64,000 bases of DNA from Patescibacteria group bacterium (GCA_028286885.1 JAQBQS010000010.1:19148-83147); one strand, 5' to 3'. Shown: positions 1 through 9,730, numbered from the stretch's first letter. The notes: a model not told the origin generated them from the letters alone. Numbers and translations: made by a program.

Positions 1-370
1 AATCATCATGGTCGATGCCGGATCTGTCGAACATCTCTGCTATCTCATAGCCGATTTCATCGCGCATGATGTAGTTGAGAGCTTGTGGCGAGATCCTGGT
101 ATCCACCATACGGTCACGGGACTCTACATCACCTGAGCTTGCTGCATTCTTGGCACCTTTTGGAACCGGAGCCAGCTTGGGCTTGTGAGCGTGCAGAGCG
201 ATGCGCCTTTGCGTTTGAGGAGATACCTCTTTGACTTTCTTCTGTTCCTGGACAGGTTTTGCAGTTTTGTGCTGCGCTGCCTTTTTTGGCTGTTGTTGGG
301 TAGTTGGGATTGCGGGTCCTCCTTTTGCTGCAAGCTCCCTTAGGATTGCGTTTGGATTGATGTTTTGCAT
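1..370 (-). CDS. Hypothetical protein, N-terminal part. The gene runs off the window start and begins MQNINPNAILRELAAKGGPAIP, with a K/A/P/Q-rich linker
   Basis: Hand translation of the minus strand from ATG at 370 down to position 1 shows an open frame with no stop. It is not in the ORF track because it is incomplete. An SD-less AT-rich upstream region lies at 371-465. Confidence 0.4.
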   Translation of the reverse strand, partial: MQNINPNAILRELAAKGGPAIPTTQQQPKKAAQHKTAKPVQEQKKVKEVSPQTQRRIALHAHKPKLAPVPKGAKNAASSGDVESRDRMVDTRISPQALNYIMRDEIGYEIAEMFDRSGIDHDD

Positions 371-465
371 TGTTTATTGGTTTTTATTACACTAAGAATA
401 GCATAATAAAGTACTTTTGTCAAGTACCCTTTCTGCCTTATATTTCCTACGTATTTTAGGAGAAT

Positions 466-1011
466 TTACTCCTTCCAATCAATATGTTTCAGTTCGCGAA
501 TATTGCACGTATTTGCAACAAACGTTACGCGGCCTGAGCCTTTTGCGTATGACTCGTAATGCATAGGATTCTTATCGGCATAGTCCTGATGATAATCCTC
601 AGCTTTGTAAAAATTCTTATAAGGGAAAACTTGGACGGCAATCGTCTCGCCTGGAAAAATTCCGCTGTCTCCTAATTCCTTGATCAGGGATAGAGCGATC
701 GCCTTTTCATCATCGTTGGAATAATAGATCGCCGTTTTGTACGCCTCTCCCCTGTCGTAAAACTGCCCGCCCGCATCAGTCGGATCGATATGGTCAAGAA
801 AAAACTGCGAAAGCTTTTTGAAGCTCGTAACATTCGGATCGTAGGTAACTTGGACCGCTTCGCGATGATCGCCATGATCCTGGTAAGTAGGATCCGGCGT
901 ATCGCCGCCAGCGTATCCGGATACTGCATCAATTACGCCCGCAATCGCGCGCAAATCATGTTCAACGCACCAGAAGCATCCGCCGGCGAATGTGGCTGTT
1001 TTTGTGTTCAT
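466..1011 (-). CDS. msrA: Peptide methionine sulfoxide reductase MsrA
   Basis: 181 aa with the GCFWC active-site motif near the N-terminus. AGGAG Shine-Dalgarno upstream. Confidence 0.9.
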   Translation of the reverse strand: MNTKTATFAGGCFWCVEHDLRAIAGVIDAVSGYAGGDTPDPTYQDHGDHREAVQVTYDPNVTSFKKLSQFFLDHIDPTDAGGQFYDRGEAYKTAIYYSNDDEKAIALSLIKELGDSGIFPGETIAVQVFPYKNFYKAEDYHQDYADKNPMHYESYAKGSGRVTFVANTCNIRELKHIDWKE

Positions 1012-1066
1012 ACTCCTACTATATCAAAATAAAAAACACGGAACGAATCCATGTTTTATTAAAAAT

Positions 1067-1369
1067 TTAAGCCTTCAACTTCCATGCTGCCACGAAAGCT
1101 TGCTCCTTGTTGCCTTCGCTTGTTTTCCATTCCAGACCTTCGGAATAAAATTCCCTGGCGTCGTCCACTGTCGCGGATAGTTTTCTTCCTGACGAAAGGA
1201 TAATCTCATATGTTTGCCCGCCGTACATTTTGGGAAATGGAACACTAAAGGGAAATCCTTCGATTCTTTGATTTGGCTTATCAATAATTAGTTGATCTCT
1301 GCTGTCCCAATCAGGACTGCGATCTGCTACGGTTGTTTTTTCTAATGTATCTTCTGTGGTGGTACTCAT
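1067..1369 (-). CDS. Hypothetical protein (100 aa)
   Basis: Complete ORF with no overlap on the coding strand. Confidence 0.45.
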   Translation of the reverse strand: MSTTTEDTLEKTTVADRSPDWDSRDQLIIDKPNQRIEGFPFSVPFPKMYGGQTYEIILSSGRKLSATVDDAREFYSEGLEWKTSEGNKEQAFVAAWKLKA

Positions 1370-1418
1370 CGTATGTTGTTTAATTTAACAAAAGATTATC
1401 ACTTTTTATATTTTTGTC

Positions 1419-1460
1419 AATCAAAAAGAGGGGCGGCCTTCGGCCGCCCCTCTTTTTGAT
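1419..1460. terminator. Rho-independent terminator hairpin (caaaaagaggggcggccttcggccgcccctctttttg), bidirectional
   Basis: Perfect GC-rich stem flanked by A and T runs. Confidence 0.8.
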
Positions 1461-1464
1461 TTTG

Positions 1465-1546
1465 TGCACGAGAGAGGACTTGAACCTCCATGGGTCACCC
1501 CGCTACCACCTCAAGGTAGTGCGTCTACCAATTTCGCCACCCGTGC
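1465..1546 (-). tRNA. tRNA-Leu (anticodon GAG)
   Basis: Cloverleaf read by hand: acceptor GCACGGG/CTCGTGC, anticodon loop TTGAGGT, long variable arm, T-loop TTCAAGT. CCA is not encoded. Confidence 0.8.
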
Positions 1547-1610
1547 ATCGTCGCCAAAGTATACTTATTTTTGTCGATTTTGCAAGCAAAAACGCCCGAA
1601 GGCGTCCTTG

Positions 1611-2051
1611 TTATTCCGCTGAATCTCCTTCCGGAGCCGCCTCTTCCATCATTTCCTCTGGCTGGGCCAGATCTGATGTTGAAGCGAAGAATCCGACGAA
1701 GTTTCGCATCTTTCGGCGAATGTCTCGTGTTACCTTCTCTCGGATGAAGTAAAGCTTTGAACGTCGAACTCGTGTTCGGCGGATTACTTCAATCTTGTCG
1801 ATTGACGGCGAGTAAAGCGGGAAGATTCGCTCGACGCCTACGCCGTGCGAGACCTTTCGAACGGTAAATGTTCCTCCGGCCTCGGCTCCGTGCTTGCGCG
1901 CGATAACGAGTCCTTCGAAGAGCTGGATTCGGGTCTTGCCCTTCTCCTCGATCTTGATCGAAACTTTTACGGTGTCTCCCGTTCGGATATCCAAATCTTT
2001 TCGATTTGCAGTATCCTTTGAAATAAATTGGTTGATGATTGTTCCTGCCAT
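1611..2051 (-). CDS. rplS: 50S ribosomal protein L19 with a charged C-terminal extension
   Basis: MAGTIINQF...[11 protein letters not shown]...[17 protein letters not shown] matches L19. The true start is the internal Met, so the listed ORF is extended at the 5' end. Confidence 0.85.
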   Translation of the reverse strand: MAGTIINQFISKDTANRKDLDIRTGDTVKVSIKIEEKGKTRIQLFEGLVIARKHGAEAGGTFTVRKVSHGVGVERIFPLYSPSIDKIEVIRRTRVRRSKLYFIREKVTRDIRRKMRNFVGFFASTSDLAQPEEMMEEAAPEGDSAE

Positions 2052-2198
2052 AGTTAGGGTTCCCGACTCCGAACCCAATCGCGAAGATTGGATAAGGCTC
2101 AAGGGATGTAATGAATAACTGGCATACCTTAGCATATATGGGTATTCTTGGCAAGTTAAACCTCGCACCAGACCTCACCCGGTTTCCTGCGGAAACCA

Positions 2199-2221
2199 CC
2201 CTCTCCTCTTCGAGGAGAGGG
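2199..2221. repeat. GC-rich palindromic mini-element CCCTCTCC-tcttcg-GGAGAGGG
   Basis: Member of the dispersed hairpin family (see findings). Confidence 0.6.
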
Positions 2222-2293
2222 TCAGCAACAGGCTTCGAAAAGAGTTCAAATAAAAAACTACCTGAATAAACAGGTAGTTTTGATGGTTTTGAA

Positions 2294-2812
2294 TCATTTT
2301 GCAAGCGACAGTCCTTTGGGAAAAGTTTTCCCAAGCCAAGTGCGCTTTCCGGCAACCGGAAGATAGCTCTTTCCGAGCACAACCGGAATGTCTGGCCGGA
2401 TCATACGATACGGAGCCAGCGAAATTTCAAGCTTCAGAAATGTTGCGAATTCTGATTGTTGAAAATCCGAATCATCGAGGATCGTGATAAAGTCCTTCAG
2501 CCGTCCGCATTCATCCGGAGACAATCTCTTCGCTCCCGAAAATCTGTATCCCAGCGGGATTCTTGTAAAAATATCCTTCCAAACATTTATGATTGATCCG
2601 AAGTTTTCTTGGGAAAACGCAACTTCTTCTTTCTCGGCGATGATCATGAATTCAAGAAGGATGCGTTCGTACGAATCGTTTTCGCAAGGAACGCCATTTT
2701 CAACGATGCGTGCATGTCCGGCAAATCCTGAAAGCAGTTCCTTATGGTTCATTTTCGAAAGCAGGTCGCAGTACAATTGCTTTCCTATTTTCGTCGTGTA
2801 GATTATCTCCAT
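2294..2812 (-). CDS. Hypothetical protein (172 aa)
   Basis: Complete ORF followed by a hairpin terminator at 2245-2275. Confidence 0.5.
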   Translation of the reverse strand: MEIIYTTKIGKQLYCDLLSKMNHKELLSGFAGHARIVENGVPCENDSYERILLEFMIIAEKEEVAFSQENFGSIINVWKDIFTRIPLGYRFSGAKRLSPDECGRLKDFITILDDSDFQQSEFATFLKLEISLAPYRMIRPDIPVVLGKSYLPVAGKRTWLGKTFPKGLSLAK

Positions 2813-2891
2813 TTTTTAGGTTTAAGTTTTTGAATGTTTCCGGCAGATTACTTTTTTATTGATTTTTTGTCAAGAAAACCCCTCACGGGGA

Positions 2892-3635
2892 TTACTTCGC
2901 AGCATCCAAAATTTTCTTCATATCCTCAGGAATCGGAGCCTTTACCTCGACGACGTTTCCTTCCAAATCCTTGAATGTGATCTTCTCGGCATGAAGCGCC
3001 GTTCGCGAGATTGGCAAATCTGATTTCTTGTTCCCTGCATAGATCGGATCACAAACAATCGGATATCCGAATGCGGCAAGATGCACGCGAATCTGATGCG
3101 TTCGCCCTGTTTCCGGAAACAAATCCACGTAGGTGTATTTCTCATCTCGCACGATGAATTTTTTCTGAACTGCAAATCTTGTAACCGCTGGACGCATTTG
3201 TCCGCGTGCGCGCGACTCCACTGCCCATGCGCGAATGTTAGAACCGGATCGTCCGATCGGCTTGTCGATGATCCCCCGTTCGTCGCGCACCCAGCCGAAC
3301 ACGATCGCCGCGTATTTTTTCTTGATCGTGTGTTCCTTGAACTGCTCCTTCAAGCTTTCAAACGCAGCCTGCGTTTTTGCAATGACCAAAACGCCCGACG
3401 TATCACGGTCGATGCGGTGCACGATTCCCGCGCGCAAAATCTCGACCGTTTCGCCTCCGTGCTCGATCGTCATCTTCTCGCCGACGTCCGCCGAGGCAGG
3501 ATACTTTTCAAGAAACCACGCAGCGACCGACGGCTCCGGATGTCGTCCGTCTTCATGCACGATCAAACCGGCCGGCTTGTCGATGACCAAGAATTCAGAT
3601 GTTTCGAGTAAGATAGGGATGTTCATGGATCTCAT
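2892..3635 (-). CDS. RluA-family pseudouridine synthase
   Basis: HRIDRDTSGVLV catalytic motif and the RluA-family layout. Start chosen at MRSMNIPILL. Confidence 0.85.
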   Translation of the reverse strand: MRSMNIPILLETSEFLVIDKPAGLIVHEDGRHPEPSVAAWFLEKYPASADVGEKMTIEHGGETVEILRAGIVHRIDRDTSGVLVIAKTQAAFESLKEQFKEHTIKKKYAAIVFGWVRDERGIIDKPIGRSGSNIRAWAVESRARGQMRPAVTRFAVQKKFIVRDEKYTYVDLFPETGRTHQIRVHLAAFGYPIVCDPIYAGNKKSDLPISRTALHAEKITFKDLEGNVVEVKAPIPEDMKKILDAAK

Positions 3636-3664
3636 CTTACTTATTTGAGCCAAAAAAGAAACCC

Positions 3665-4192
3665 TCATCGCGTGATGAGGGTCTGAAGACTTGGAATAAC
3701 TTCGTGCGCGATGCCGAGCTCGAGCATTTGCTCGGGTACGAGGCGCTTCTCGTTGAGAAGGAAGACATCCGCTACGGAAAGATTTGTTCTCTTGGCAATG
3801 AACTCTGCGGTTTCTTGGCGCATGATTTCAAGCTTGTCCGATTCGACCCCTTTCATCAGCTTATGACCCTCCATTTTGACCGGAAGATGAATCATGCCTC
3901 TTGAATCTGGGGTTATTGTGCGATACTTTCCTAATAAAAAAAGTTTCAAATAACCTGAGACAAATATGCCGCCGTGGGTGTGAACAGAAGACCCTTTTGC
4001 GTACAGGTCGGTAAATCCTATGAATGCTTGGTACGCGAGAAGCGATCGAGTACCGCATTGCACGTCAATAATTATAAGATTGCGATCAAATAAAGGAACT
4101 TCGGAAGCAAAGCGGAGAAAATCTTTTACAAGTTTCTCGCTTAAGCCTTCCTTGAAGGAAAACACTTGAGAACTTGTGAATTTTCTTTGCAT
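3665..4192 (-). CDS. ClpP/S14-like peptidase-fold protein
   Basis: MIHLP...GH and a C-terminal segment resembling ClpP. Catalytic residues could not be verified. Confidence 0.45.
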   Translation of the reverse strand: MQRKFTSSQVFSFKEGLSEKLVKDFLRFASEVPLFDRNLIIIDVQCGTRSLLAYQAFIGFTDLYAKGSSVHTHGGIFVSGYLKLFLLGKYRTITPDSRGMIHLPVKMEGHKLMKGVESDKLEIMRQETAEFIAKRTNLSVADVFLLNEKRLVPEQMLELGIAHEVIPSLQTLITR

Positions 4193-4265
4193 CTTGACTT
4201 ATTTTTTGTTTGGGTATATGATAGCATGTATTATAAGATAAGTCAAGTATTCCCCTTTTAAATTT

Positions 4266-4451
4266 ATGGAAAACATGGATAATTTGATCAAGAAGCCAGC
4301 AGTGGACGATGTTGAGGAAAACCTCAGCGTTGACGCTGATGGAAACGCGCGAACACTCCGAACACTTATGGACGGATCAGTAGGAAAATACAGCCACCAG
4401 GAAGAATTGGAAGCAAACACGGCTTTCCGAGAAAACTCTGAGAACAAATAA
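4266..4451 (+). CDS. Small acidic hypothetical protein (61 aa)
   Basis: ORF followed by the terminator hairpin at 4463-4487. Confidence 0.3.
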   Translation: MENMDNLIKKPAVDDVEENLSVDADGNARTLRTLMDGSVGKYSHQEELEANTAFRENSENK

Positions 4452-4462
4452 TATTCAAATCA

Positions 4463-4487
4463 AAAATCCCCAGTTAATGGGGATTTT
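4463..4487 (+). terminator. Rho-independent terminator (aaaatccccagttaatggggatttt)
   Basis: Hairpin followed by a T-run. Confidence 0.7.
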
Positions 4488-4516
4488 TGATTTCGGCGGT
4501 ATTCTTGCGAAATGTG

Positions 4517-4589
4517 TGCGGGATGCAAGACTCGAACTTGCGACCTTCTCGGTGTAAACGAGTTGCTCTACCAACTGAGCTAATCCCGC
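4517..4589 (-). tRNA. tRNA-Val (anticodon TAC)
   Basis: Acceptor GCGGGAT/ATCCCGC, D-arm AGCTCAGTTGGTAGAGC, anticodon loop TTTACAC, T-loop TTCGAGT. Confidence 0.8.
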
Positions 4590-4664
4590 AAATAATAACT
4601 GCCGCACTATAGCACGGTTTACTGCCGGGCGCAAAGGTGATAGTGTTTCCTTGTCGCACAATGC

Positions 4665-4736
4665 GCCCCCGTAGTTCAATGGATAGAACAGGAGACTTCT
4701 AAGCTCTTGATCCAGGTTCGATTCCTGGCAGGGGCA
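4665..4736 (+). tRNA. tRNA-Arg (anticodon TCT)
   Basis: Anticodon loop CTTCTAA, T-arm CCAGG-TTCGATT-CCTGG. Two non-Watson-Crick pairs (C6-A67 and A31-G39) are noted. Confidence 0.7.
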
Positions 4737-4756
4737 CTCTTTGATACAATTAATAT

Positions 4757-4987
4757 ATGATTACTCCAGGAAAAGTATATGTCCATCGGGGAGGAGGAAG
4801 ATATACGGTCCTGCACGTTTGCGAGGATTCGACGAACGCCCGCAACGGAACGCTTGGGGTCGTATACGTGTCCCTGACCTACGGCAAGATACGATACCGC
4901 GATCTGTCCGAGTTCGAGGAGGAGATCCAATGGCCGGACGGCATTGTGCGGCCCAGGTTCACCCTCGAAGATACCGTGAAAAAATAA
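4757..4987 (+). CDS. DUF1653-like small protein
   Basis: VYVHRGGGRYTVL...VVYVSLTYGKIRYRDLSEF resembles DUF1653. A terminator follows. Confidence 0.55.
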   Translation: MITPGKVYVHRGGGRYTVLHVCEDSTNARNGTLGVVYVSLTYGKIRYRDLSEFEEEIQWPDGIVRPRFTLEDTVKK

Positions 4988-5010
4988 AATCCCGCACGTG
5001 CGGGATTTTA
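4985..5010. terminator. Bidirectional rho-independent terminator (aaaatcccgcacgtgcgggatttta)
   Basis: Perfect hairpin between convergent genes. Confidence 0.8.
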
Positions 5011-6072
5011 TTTTTTCAGATATACCAGCGCAAGCGACAACGCCTCCGCATATTGCGGGACATCTGATGCGGGAAGGCTCATGATCGGGATATGCTTGGC
5101 GCCTGAGGCCGCCCATACGTCGAGCGCGACGACGGGAAGCCGTGCGGCCGTTCCCAAGTAGTCAGCGAGCCCTCTTGTCGAAAGTCCGATTCCGTAGACG
5201 ACAATCTTGTCGATCGAGAAACGTTCGCCAAACAATTTGTATTCTTTCTGCTTGACCGCAAGGATCTGGCGATCAATACTTTCAACAATCGGCGCGAGCG
5301 CACGGTGGATGTCGGAGAGGACGGTCGTGTCAGGATGGCTGCCCATCACGCCATGCTTCTCGACTATTTTCGAGGCATCAACATGCGAAATGCGAAGTCG
5401 CTCTTCAACAGCATTGATAATAGAATTATTGCCGACTGATATGACATCGTTGGAAACAGGATGGTATCCGTGCACAACGGAAATGCTCGTCTTGTTTTCG
5501 CCGACGGAAACCGCAATGTAGCCCTGACCAGTCGGAACGCCGGTGCAGGCTTTGGCGACGGCGTGATTCGCGGTTTCCACATGCTTAATCGTAACTCCCG
5601 CCTGCTTGAACAATCGCGCGATGTGGACCACGACGGATTTTGCAACAAGCGTCACGTGCAGGTCGTAGCCCGACTCGCCCTCGCGAATGACATCATATTC
5701 GCAGACATAATCGTCAAAGCCGAGGAGATCGTGCGCCTCGCAGTACGTTTTCAAGTGGTCAGTTACGACATCATTCAATTGTTTCGCCGGAACGCGTGCA
5801 ACGTGCGTGTGGAAGAAAATCGCCGCCGCGTCAGGCACAACGCAATTGGCATTCTCGATTTTTCGAACTTTGGCGAACTCGCGCATTTTTTCAACGAACT
5901 GCGCATCCTCGAGGATCGCGCCGCCCGTGTCGACAATTCCAGACAGCCTGACAGTTTCGTGGTGGGCAACCCGGATTCCTTGATCCGACTCTTGGAGAGA
6001 GATAAATCGGACGCACTCTTCACCAAACGCGAATGCGTCGGAGGTTTTTTGTTTCTTGGACAAGAAAGACAT
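5008..6072 (-). CDS. pilM: Type IV pilus assembly protein PilM (actin-like ATPase fold)
   Basis: 354 aa with the N-terminal phosphate-binding region and an overall PilM-like pattern. No pilN, pilO or pilQ is adjacent. Confidence 0.7.
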   Translation of the reverse strand: MSFLSKKQKTSDAFAFGEECVRFISLQESDQGIRVAHHETVRLSGIVDTGGAILEDAQFVEKMREFAKVRKIENANCVVPDAAAIFFHTHVARVPAKQLNDVVTDHLKTYCEAHDLLGFDDYVCEYDVIREGESGYDLHVTLVAKSVVVHIARLFKQAGVTIKHVETANHAVAKACTGVPTGQGYIAVSVGENKTSISVVHGYHPVSNDVISVGNNSIINAVEERLRISHVDASKIVEKHGVMGSHPDTTVLSDIHRALAPIVESIDRQILAVKQKEYKLFGERFSIDKIVVYGIGLSTRGLADYLGTAARLPVVALDVWAASGAKHIPIMSLPASDVPQYAEALSLALVYLKK

Positions 6073-6114
6073 GAAAAAATTATAGCATATGTCAGTACCA
6101 CCCCGCCTTCGGCA

Positions 6115-6133
6115 CCCCTCCTAGAAGGAGGGG
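6115..6133. repeat. GC-rich palindromic mini-element CCCCTCC-tagaa-GGAGGGG
   Basis: Hairpin family member in the pilM/dedA divergent spacer. Confidence 0.5.
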
Positions 6134-6202
6134 ACAACTTCGTAGTTACTGAAATCTGTGATCTGACTGGACATTAGATTTTGAAAATAAATTTTATGGG
6201 AC

Positions 6203-6226
6203 TGTCTCCCCCTTTTAGGGGGAGTG
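6203..6226. repeat. Mini-element TGTCTCCCCCTTTTAGGGGGAGTG, a 24-nt copy identical to 39386-39409
   Basis: Exact 24-nt identity with the copy inside tsaE. Confidence 0.75.
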
Positions 6227-6266
6227 CCCGTAGGGCGAGGGGGTATTGCCGTGCTAAACTTCCCCC

Positions 6267-6869
6267 ATGACCCTTCCTCACTTCGATCTCAAAATACTTC
6301 TCGAAACCGTCGGCTATCTCGGACTCTTTGCAATCGTATTCGCCGAGAGTGGGCTTTTCATCGGATTCTTTTTGCCGGGCGATACGCTGCTTTTCACCGC
6401 GGGACTTCTCGCATCACAGGGATATTTTTCGATCCCTCTCGTCATCGTTTTCGCGGTCGTCGCGGCGATTCTCGGCGATTCGTTCGGATACTGGTTCGGA
6501 CGCAGGGCCGGAAAAAGGCTTTTCAAGAAAGAAGATTCGTTCCTTTTTAGTAAAAAAAATCTCGCCAAGAGCCAGGAGTTTTACAAGAAGTACGGATCAA
6601 AAACGATCATCCTCGCCCGCTTCATTCCGATCGTCCGCACGTTCGCGCCGATCCTCGCCGGAACGTCCGACATGGATTACAAAAAGTTCCTCGCCTACAA
6701 CGCGATCGGCGGAGTCGTCTGGGTTGCCGTCATGTCGCTTCTCGGCTACCTTCTCGGCAACTCCATTCCCAACATCGACCACTACGTCCTCCCGATCATC
6801 CTTGGCATTTTTGTCATCTCGTTTATTCCGATTGTTTGGAATGTGATTAAAGAGAAAAGGAGAAAATAA
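6267..6869 (+). CDS. DedA-family (VTT/SNARE-associated domain) membrane protein
   Basis: GLFIGFFLPGDTLLFTAG...IILARFIPIVRTFAP, a typical DedA core. Confidence 0.85.
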   Translation: MTLPHFDLKILLETVGYLGLFAIVFAESGLFIGFFLPGDTLLFTAGLLASQGYFSIPLVIVFAVVAAILGDSFGYWFGRRAGKRLFKKEDSFLFSKKNLAKSQEFYKKYGSKTIILARFIPIVRTFAPILAGTSDMDYKKFLAYNAIGGVVWVAVMSLLGYLLGNSIPNIDHYVLPIILGIFVISFIPIVWNVIKEKRRK

Positions 6870-6896
6870 AAAACCCTTAGAATATAAGGGTTTTAC

Positions 6897-7592
6897 TCAG
6901 TCAAACTTGATCGTGACGCTTCTTTTATCAATTGATATTTCAACCTCGAACCTGTCTCCACTTCCCCATCTTTTTAAAAGTTCCTGGAAGAGTTTCGTTT
7001 CGACAGCCGGCATGGAGAACCTCCACTTGTCGTAGTCCAATCTTCTGAGAAGCCACCAGTCCACCCAATGCATTCCTGCAACCTGGTCTTCGGTTGCCAT
7101 CGAACCATCGGATGAAAAAACAAGCTCTGATTCAGCATTAATCAATCTTCGCAATACAATTCGATCCGCAGCAATGCGAATAAACAATTCGGATTCCGAT
7201 TTGAATTCGTCGAGTTTCGACAATCTTCCGGGAAGATCCAGGACTTCTTGGAGCGTGATTGTTGTTGCGACCATCCATATGTAATCCCTTGTTCCGCCCA
7301 TCATCGACGCGAACATCACCGTTATCTCGTCTCCGGGAAATAAACCTTCGCAAATTTCCTTGATAATAGTTTCCGATTCTTCCTGATGCTCGACCGCCCA
7401 ACATATCCAATCGACTTCGCCCATCAGATCCGCGCCATCTTCGGAGAGCTTCAGCTGTGCGACATTCTCGTACATGAAAAATGATTCTTTGCGAATATGC
7501 CGAACGGCAATTTGCCTGAACATTTCTGGTTCCTTCATTATGATTTTATTTTTTTGTTTGTGACAGTCTACGCCGAAAAGGCAATTTTGCAA
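6897..7592 (-). CDS. Hypothetical protein (about 210-231 aa)
   Basis: Complete ORF with an uncertain start among three Met codons. A terminator sits at 7588-7618 upstream of the neighbouring gene. Confidence 0.5.
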   Translation of the reverse strand: MQNCLFGVDCHKQKNKIIMKEPEMFRQIAVRHIRKESFFMYENVAQLKLSEDGADLMGEVDWICWAVEHQEESETIIKEICEGLFPGDEITVMFASMMGGTRDYIWMVATTITLQEVLDLPGRLSKLDEFKSESELFIRIAADRIVLRRLINAESELVFSSDGSMATEDQVAGMHWVDWWLLRRLDYDKWRFSMPAVETKLFQELLKRWGSGDRFEVEISIDKRSVTIKFD

Positions 7593-7621
7593 GAAAAAGA
7601 GCCCGCGGGCTCTTTTTTAAT

Positions 7622-8071
7622 TTATCTCACCTTACTCCCCGGCGCGACCGGCTCATCCGGCACCAGAAATACAGGTTGTCCGTTCATCCCGTCCACTGCC
7701 ATGAGCATTCCATGCGACGTATGACCCTTGATTTCGCGCGGTTCCAAGTTCACGACATACAGAACCTGCTTACCGATCAATTCCTCATAATTGGGATAAA
7801 ATTCGCGGATACCGGAAATGATCTGGCGCATGTCCCGCTCCGGCTCGCTCGCGGCTGCAATGTCAAGTTTCGCAAGTTCGTCTTCGGTTAACACTGAATC
7901 AGCTTCAGGCACCACGTCGATAACCGGCTTCTTGATTCCAAAATCAATCTGGCATCGCAACAGCTTGTCGGTTCCCTCAACCGGTTCGATTTCGCGAATC
8001 GTTCCGATGCGGATATCTAATTTTTTAAACTCGTCATAAGTAACGTATTCCATATAACGCCACTCTAGCAT
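7622..8071 (-). CDS. tRNA-binding protein (YgjH/CsaA/Trbp111-like OB-fold domain)
   Basis: QVLYVVNLEPREIKGHTSHGMLMAV aligns with the YgjH core, and the N-terminal MEYVTYDEFKKLDIRIG is also YgjH-like. It carries an internal insertion. Confidence 0.7.
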   Translation of the reverse strand: MLEWRYMEYVTYDEFKKLDIRIGTIREIEPVEGTDKLLRCQIDFGIKKPVIDVVPEADSVLTEDELAKLDIAAASEPERDMRQIISGIREFYPNYEELIGKQVLYVVNLEPREIKGHTSHGMLMAVDGMNGQPVFLVPDEPVAPGSKVR

Positions 8072-8115
8072 AAAAAGAGATCCATGAAAAAAGCGCCCTC
8101 GGGGCGCATGTGAAT

Positions 8116-8445
8116 CTATGAAAGCAATCGTTCGTTGGCAACTTTCTCTATGCGGAACGTGGCATAGTCCGTTCGCTTGTAGACATATTGTTTAACATCC
8201 CAAGCGCTTTCCTCGCGATCGAGTTCGATAATTCCTTCACCACGGAGGAGGTCGAACTCCTCTTCGCTCAAAAGAATTTCGTTCCTGATGGCGTTTTTGT
8301 AAAAGACAACTTTTCGCTCGATTGAATGCCGGAATGCGTAGGTTATTGAAGTCTCAATAACTTCCACAACTGCCACATAGTGCAGGCACATCAGAATTCC
8401 TGCAAGCCTCGTCTTCGTTGTTGAATCGTTTCCCTTCTCTATCAT
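8116..8445 (-). CDS. Hypothetical protein (109 aa)
   Basis: Complete ORF. Confidence 0.4.
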   Translation of the reverse strand: MIEKGNDSTTKTRLAGILMCLHYVAVVEVIETSITYAFRHSIERKVVFYKNAIRNEILLSEEEFDLLRGEGIIELDREESAWDVKQYVYKRTDYATFRIEKVANERLLS

Positions 8446-8493
8446 CTGTCTTGTTATTTTTTTAAAAAATGACCGGTTTGAAACCGGTCTCTG

Positions 8494-8895
8494 CTACGCA
8501 CCGATCGAACGCTGGTAGTGGCTGACGCCCGTGCGCGAGACGCCGATTTTGAAGTCGACGATTCTCACCGTCCTTTCGGGATAAATCTTTTCCCAAGGAA
8601 CTTCCGGCGTTTCAGTAACCCAAATTTCGCAATCGTATCCGTTGAACACTTTCAAATCGATGTTCGAGTCTCTGTTTATGTATTCCATTGAATACCCTTC
8701 GCCAAGCGCGATCCTGAGCGGAAACCTCTTGCGCGTTTCGCCGAGGAGAACTTCTGCCGACTCAAGCATCTGCCTGATCCGCTGGTGAATGCTGATGATT
8801 CCAAGCCTTTGAAGCTTCAGGAAATATTCTGACTCGAACGGTTCTCGCGCAGCGGAAAGTCTTGCGTCCGGAATTCTTTCCAAAAATGATTTCAT
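8494..8895 (-). CDS. Hypothetical protein (133 aa)
   Basis: Complete ORF. Confidence 0.45.
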   Translation of the reverse strand: MKSFLERIPDARLSAAREPFESEYFLKLQRLGIISIHQRIRQMLESAEVLLGETRKRFPLRIALGEGYSMEYINRDSNIDLKVFNGYDCEIWVTETPEVPWEKIYPERTVRIVDFKIGVSRTGVSHYQRSIGA

Positions 8896-8930
8896 ATTCT
8901 TCTGTTTTATTCTTGGGGAGAATATCGTAT

Positions 8931-9392
8931 TTAATTGCCTTTGTCAAGATACCGTTGCAGCATGATCGCCGCTGCACGATCGTCTATTTTATTAGGCGCC
9001 AAATTATTTTTTCCTCTCTGTTTCAAGTTGGCGACATTATGATTTGATTTCTCGAAATCCATTGATTTGGCGAACATTGATGAAAACCGTTCGTCCTGCG
9101 TTTCAACAGGAACTCCTGCAAGCTTCGAGAGCTCCTCGCAAAAAACGTCGATGTCGTCCATGAGCGCGTTTCGCTTGCCTGCTTGGTCCATCGAATTTCC
9201 CACGACAATTTTTTGAATATTCTCGGCAGAAACAAGTTCCAAGATTTCGACAAATGCATTCTTGGCATTTTCGCGGTTTGAAATTTTCGGATCGGACTGG
9301 ATTATTTTTTTCGGAAACGCAAACACGCCCGACTCGTCGGAAATCGCGAGGCCTATTCGTTTGGTTCCGTAGTCGATGCCGAGATGCTTCAT
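8931..9392 (-). CDS. ruvX: Holliday junction resolvase-like protein RuvX/YqgF (pre-16S rRNA nuclease)
   Basis: MKHLGIDYGTKRIGLA N-terminal motif of the YqgF family. Confidence 0.85.
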   Translation of the reverse strand: MKHLGIDYGTKRIGLAISDESGVFAFPKKIIQSDPKISNRENAKNAFVEILELVSAENIQKIVVGNSMDQAGKRNALMDDIDVFCEELSKLAGVPVETQDERFSSMFAKSMDFEKSNHNVANLKQRGKNNLAPNKIDDRAAAIMLQRYLDKGN

Positions 9393-9437
9393 ACTTGACT
9401 TTAATGAGTTTTGACACTATAGTTTAAAAAAATAAAT

Positions 9438-9611
9438 ATGGCAAACGAAACCCAAACCTTCAAACAACTGAAATCAAAAACACTTCCCTTTGCATTCATT
9501 GAAACGATCCTCCCGCGCTGGGCCATTGTTCCGTTCATCATCGTATGCATCGCCGCCCTCTTGGCGATCACGATCTTCGGCGGACAGATGCTGGCGTATT
9601 TTTTTGGATAA
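9438..9611 (+). CDS. Small hydrophobic protein (57 aa), absent from the ORF track
   Basis: ATG at 9438. A transmembrane stretch AIVPFIIVCIAALLAITIFGG is followed by the terminator at 9635-9656. Confidence 0.35.
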   Translation: MANETQTFKQLKSKTLPFAFIETILPRWAIVPFIIVCIAALLAITIFGGQMLAYFFG

Positions 9612-9634
9612 GACTGAAACAACTACTTTTTTGA

Positions 9635-9656
9635 AAACTCCCCGTGCGGAGTTTTT
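9635..9656 (+). terminator. Rho-independent terminator (aaaactccccgtgcggagtttt)
   Basis: Hairpin followed by a T-run. Confidence 0.7.
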
Positions 9657-9730
9657 TTATATGACATTGTGCCAAGAAGACAACGGGCTAAAAACTTGAA
9701 AAAATCCGGGAATAGTGTAATATCGTCCCC

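Noticed and set aside
684-1032. ORFs 684-932 (-) and 790-1032 (+) inside msrA
   Set aside because: Alternative or antisense frames of a well-supported msrA reading frame.
4676-5116. 146-aa minus-strand ORF
   Set aside because: It overlaps tRNA-Arg (4665-4736) and the better-supported DUF1653 gene on the plus strand. It also spans a terminator hairpin.
5461-6177. 238-aa plus-strand ORF opposite pilM
   Set aside because: Antisense to a well-supported PilM reading frame.
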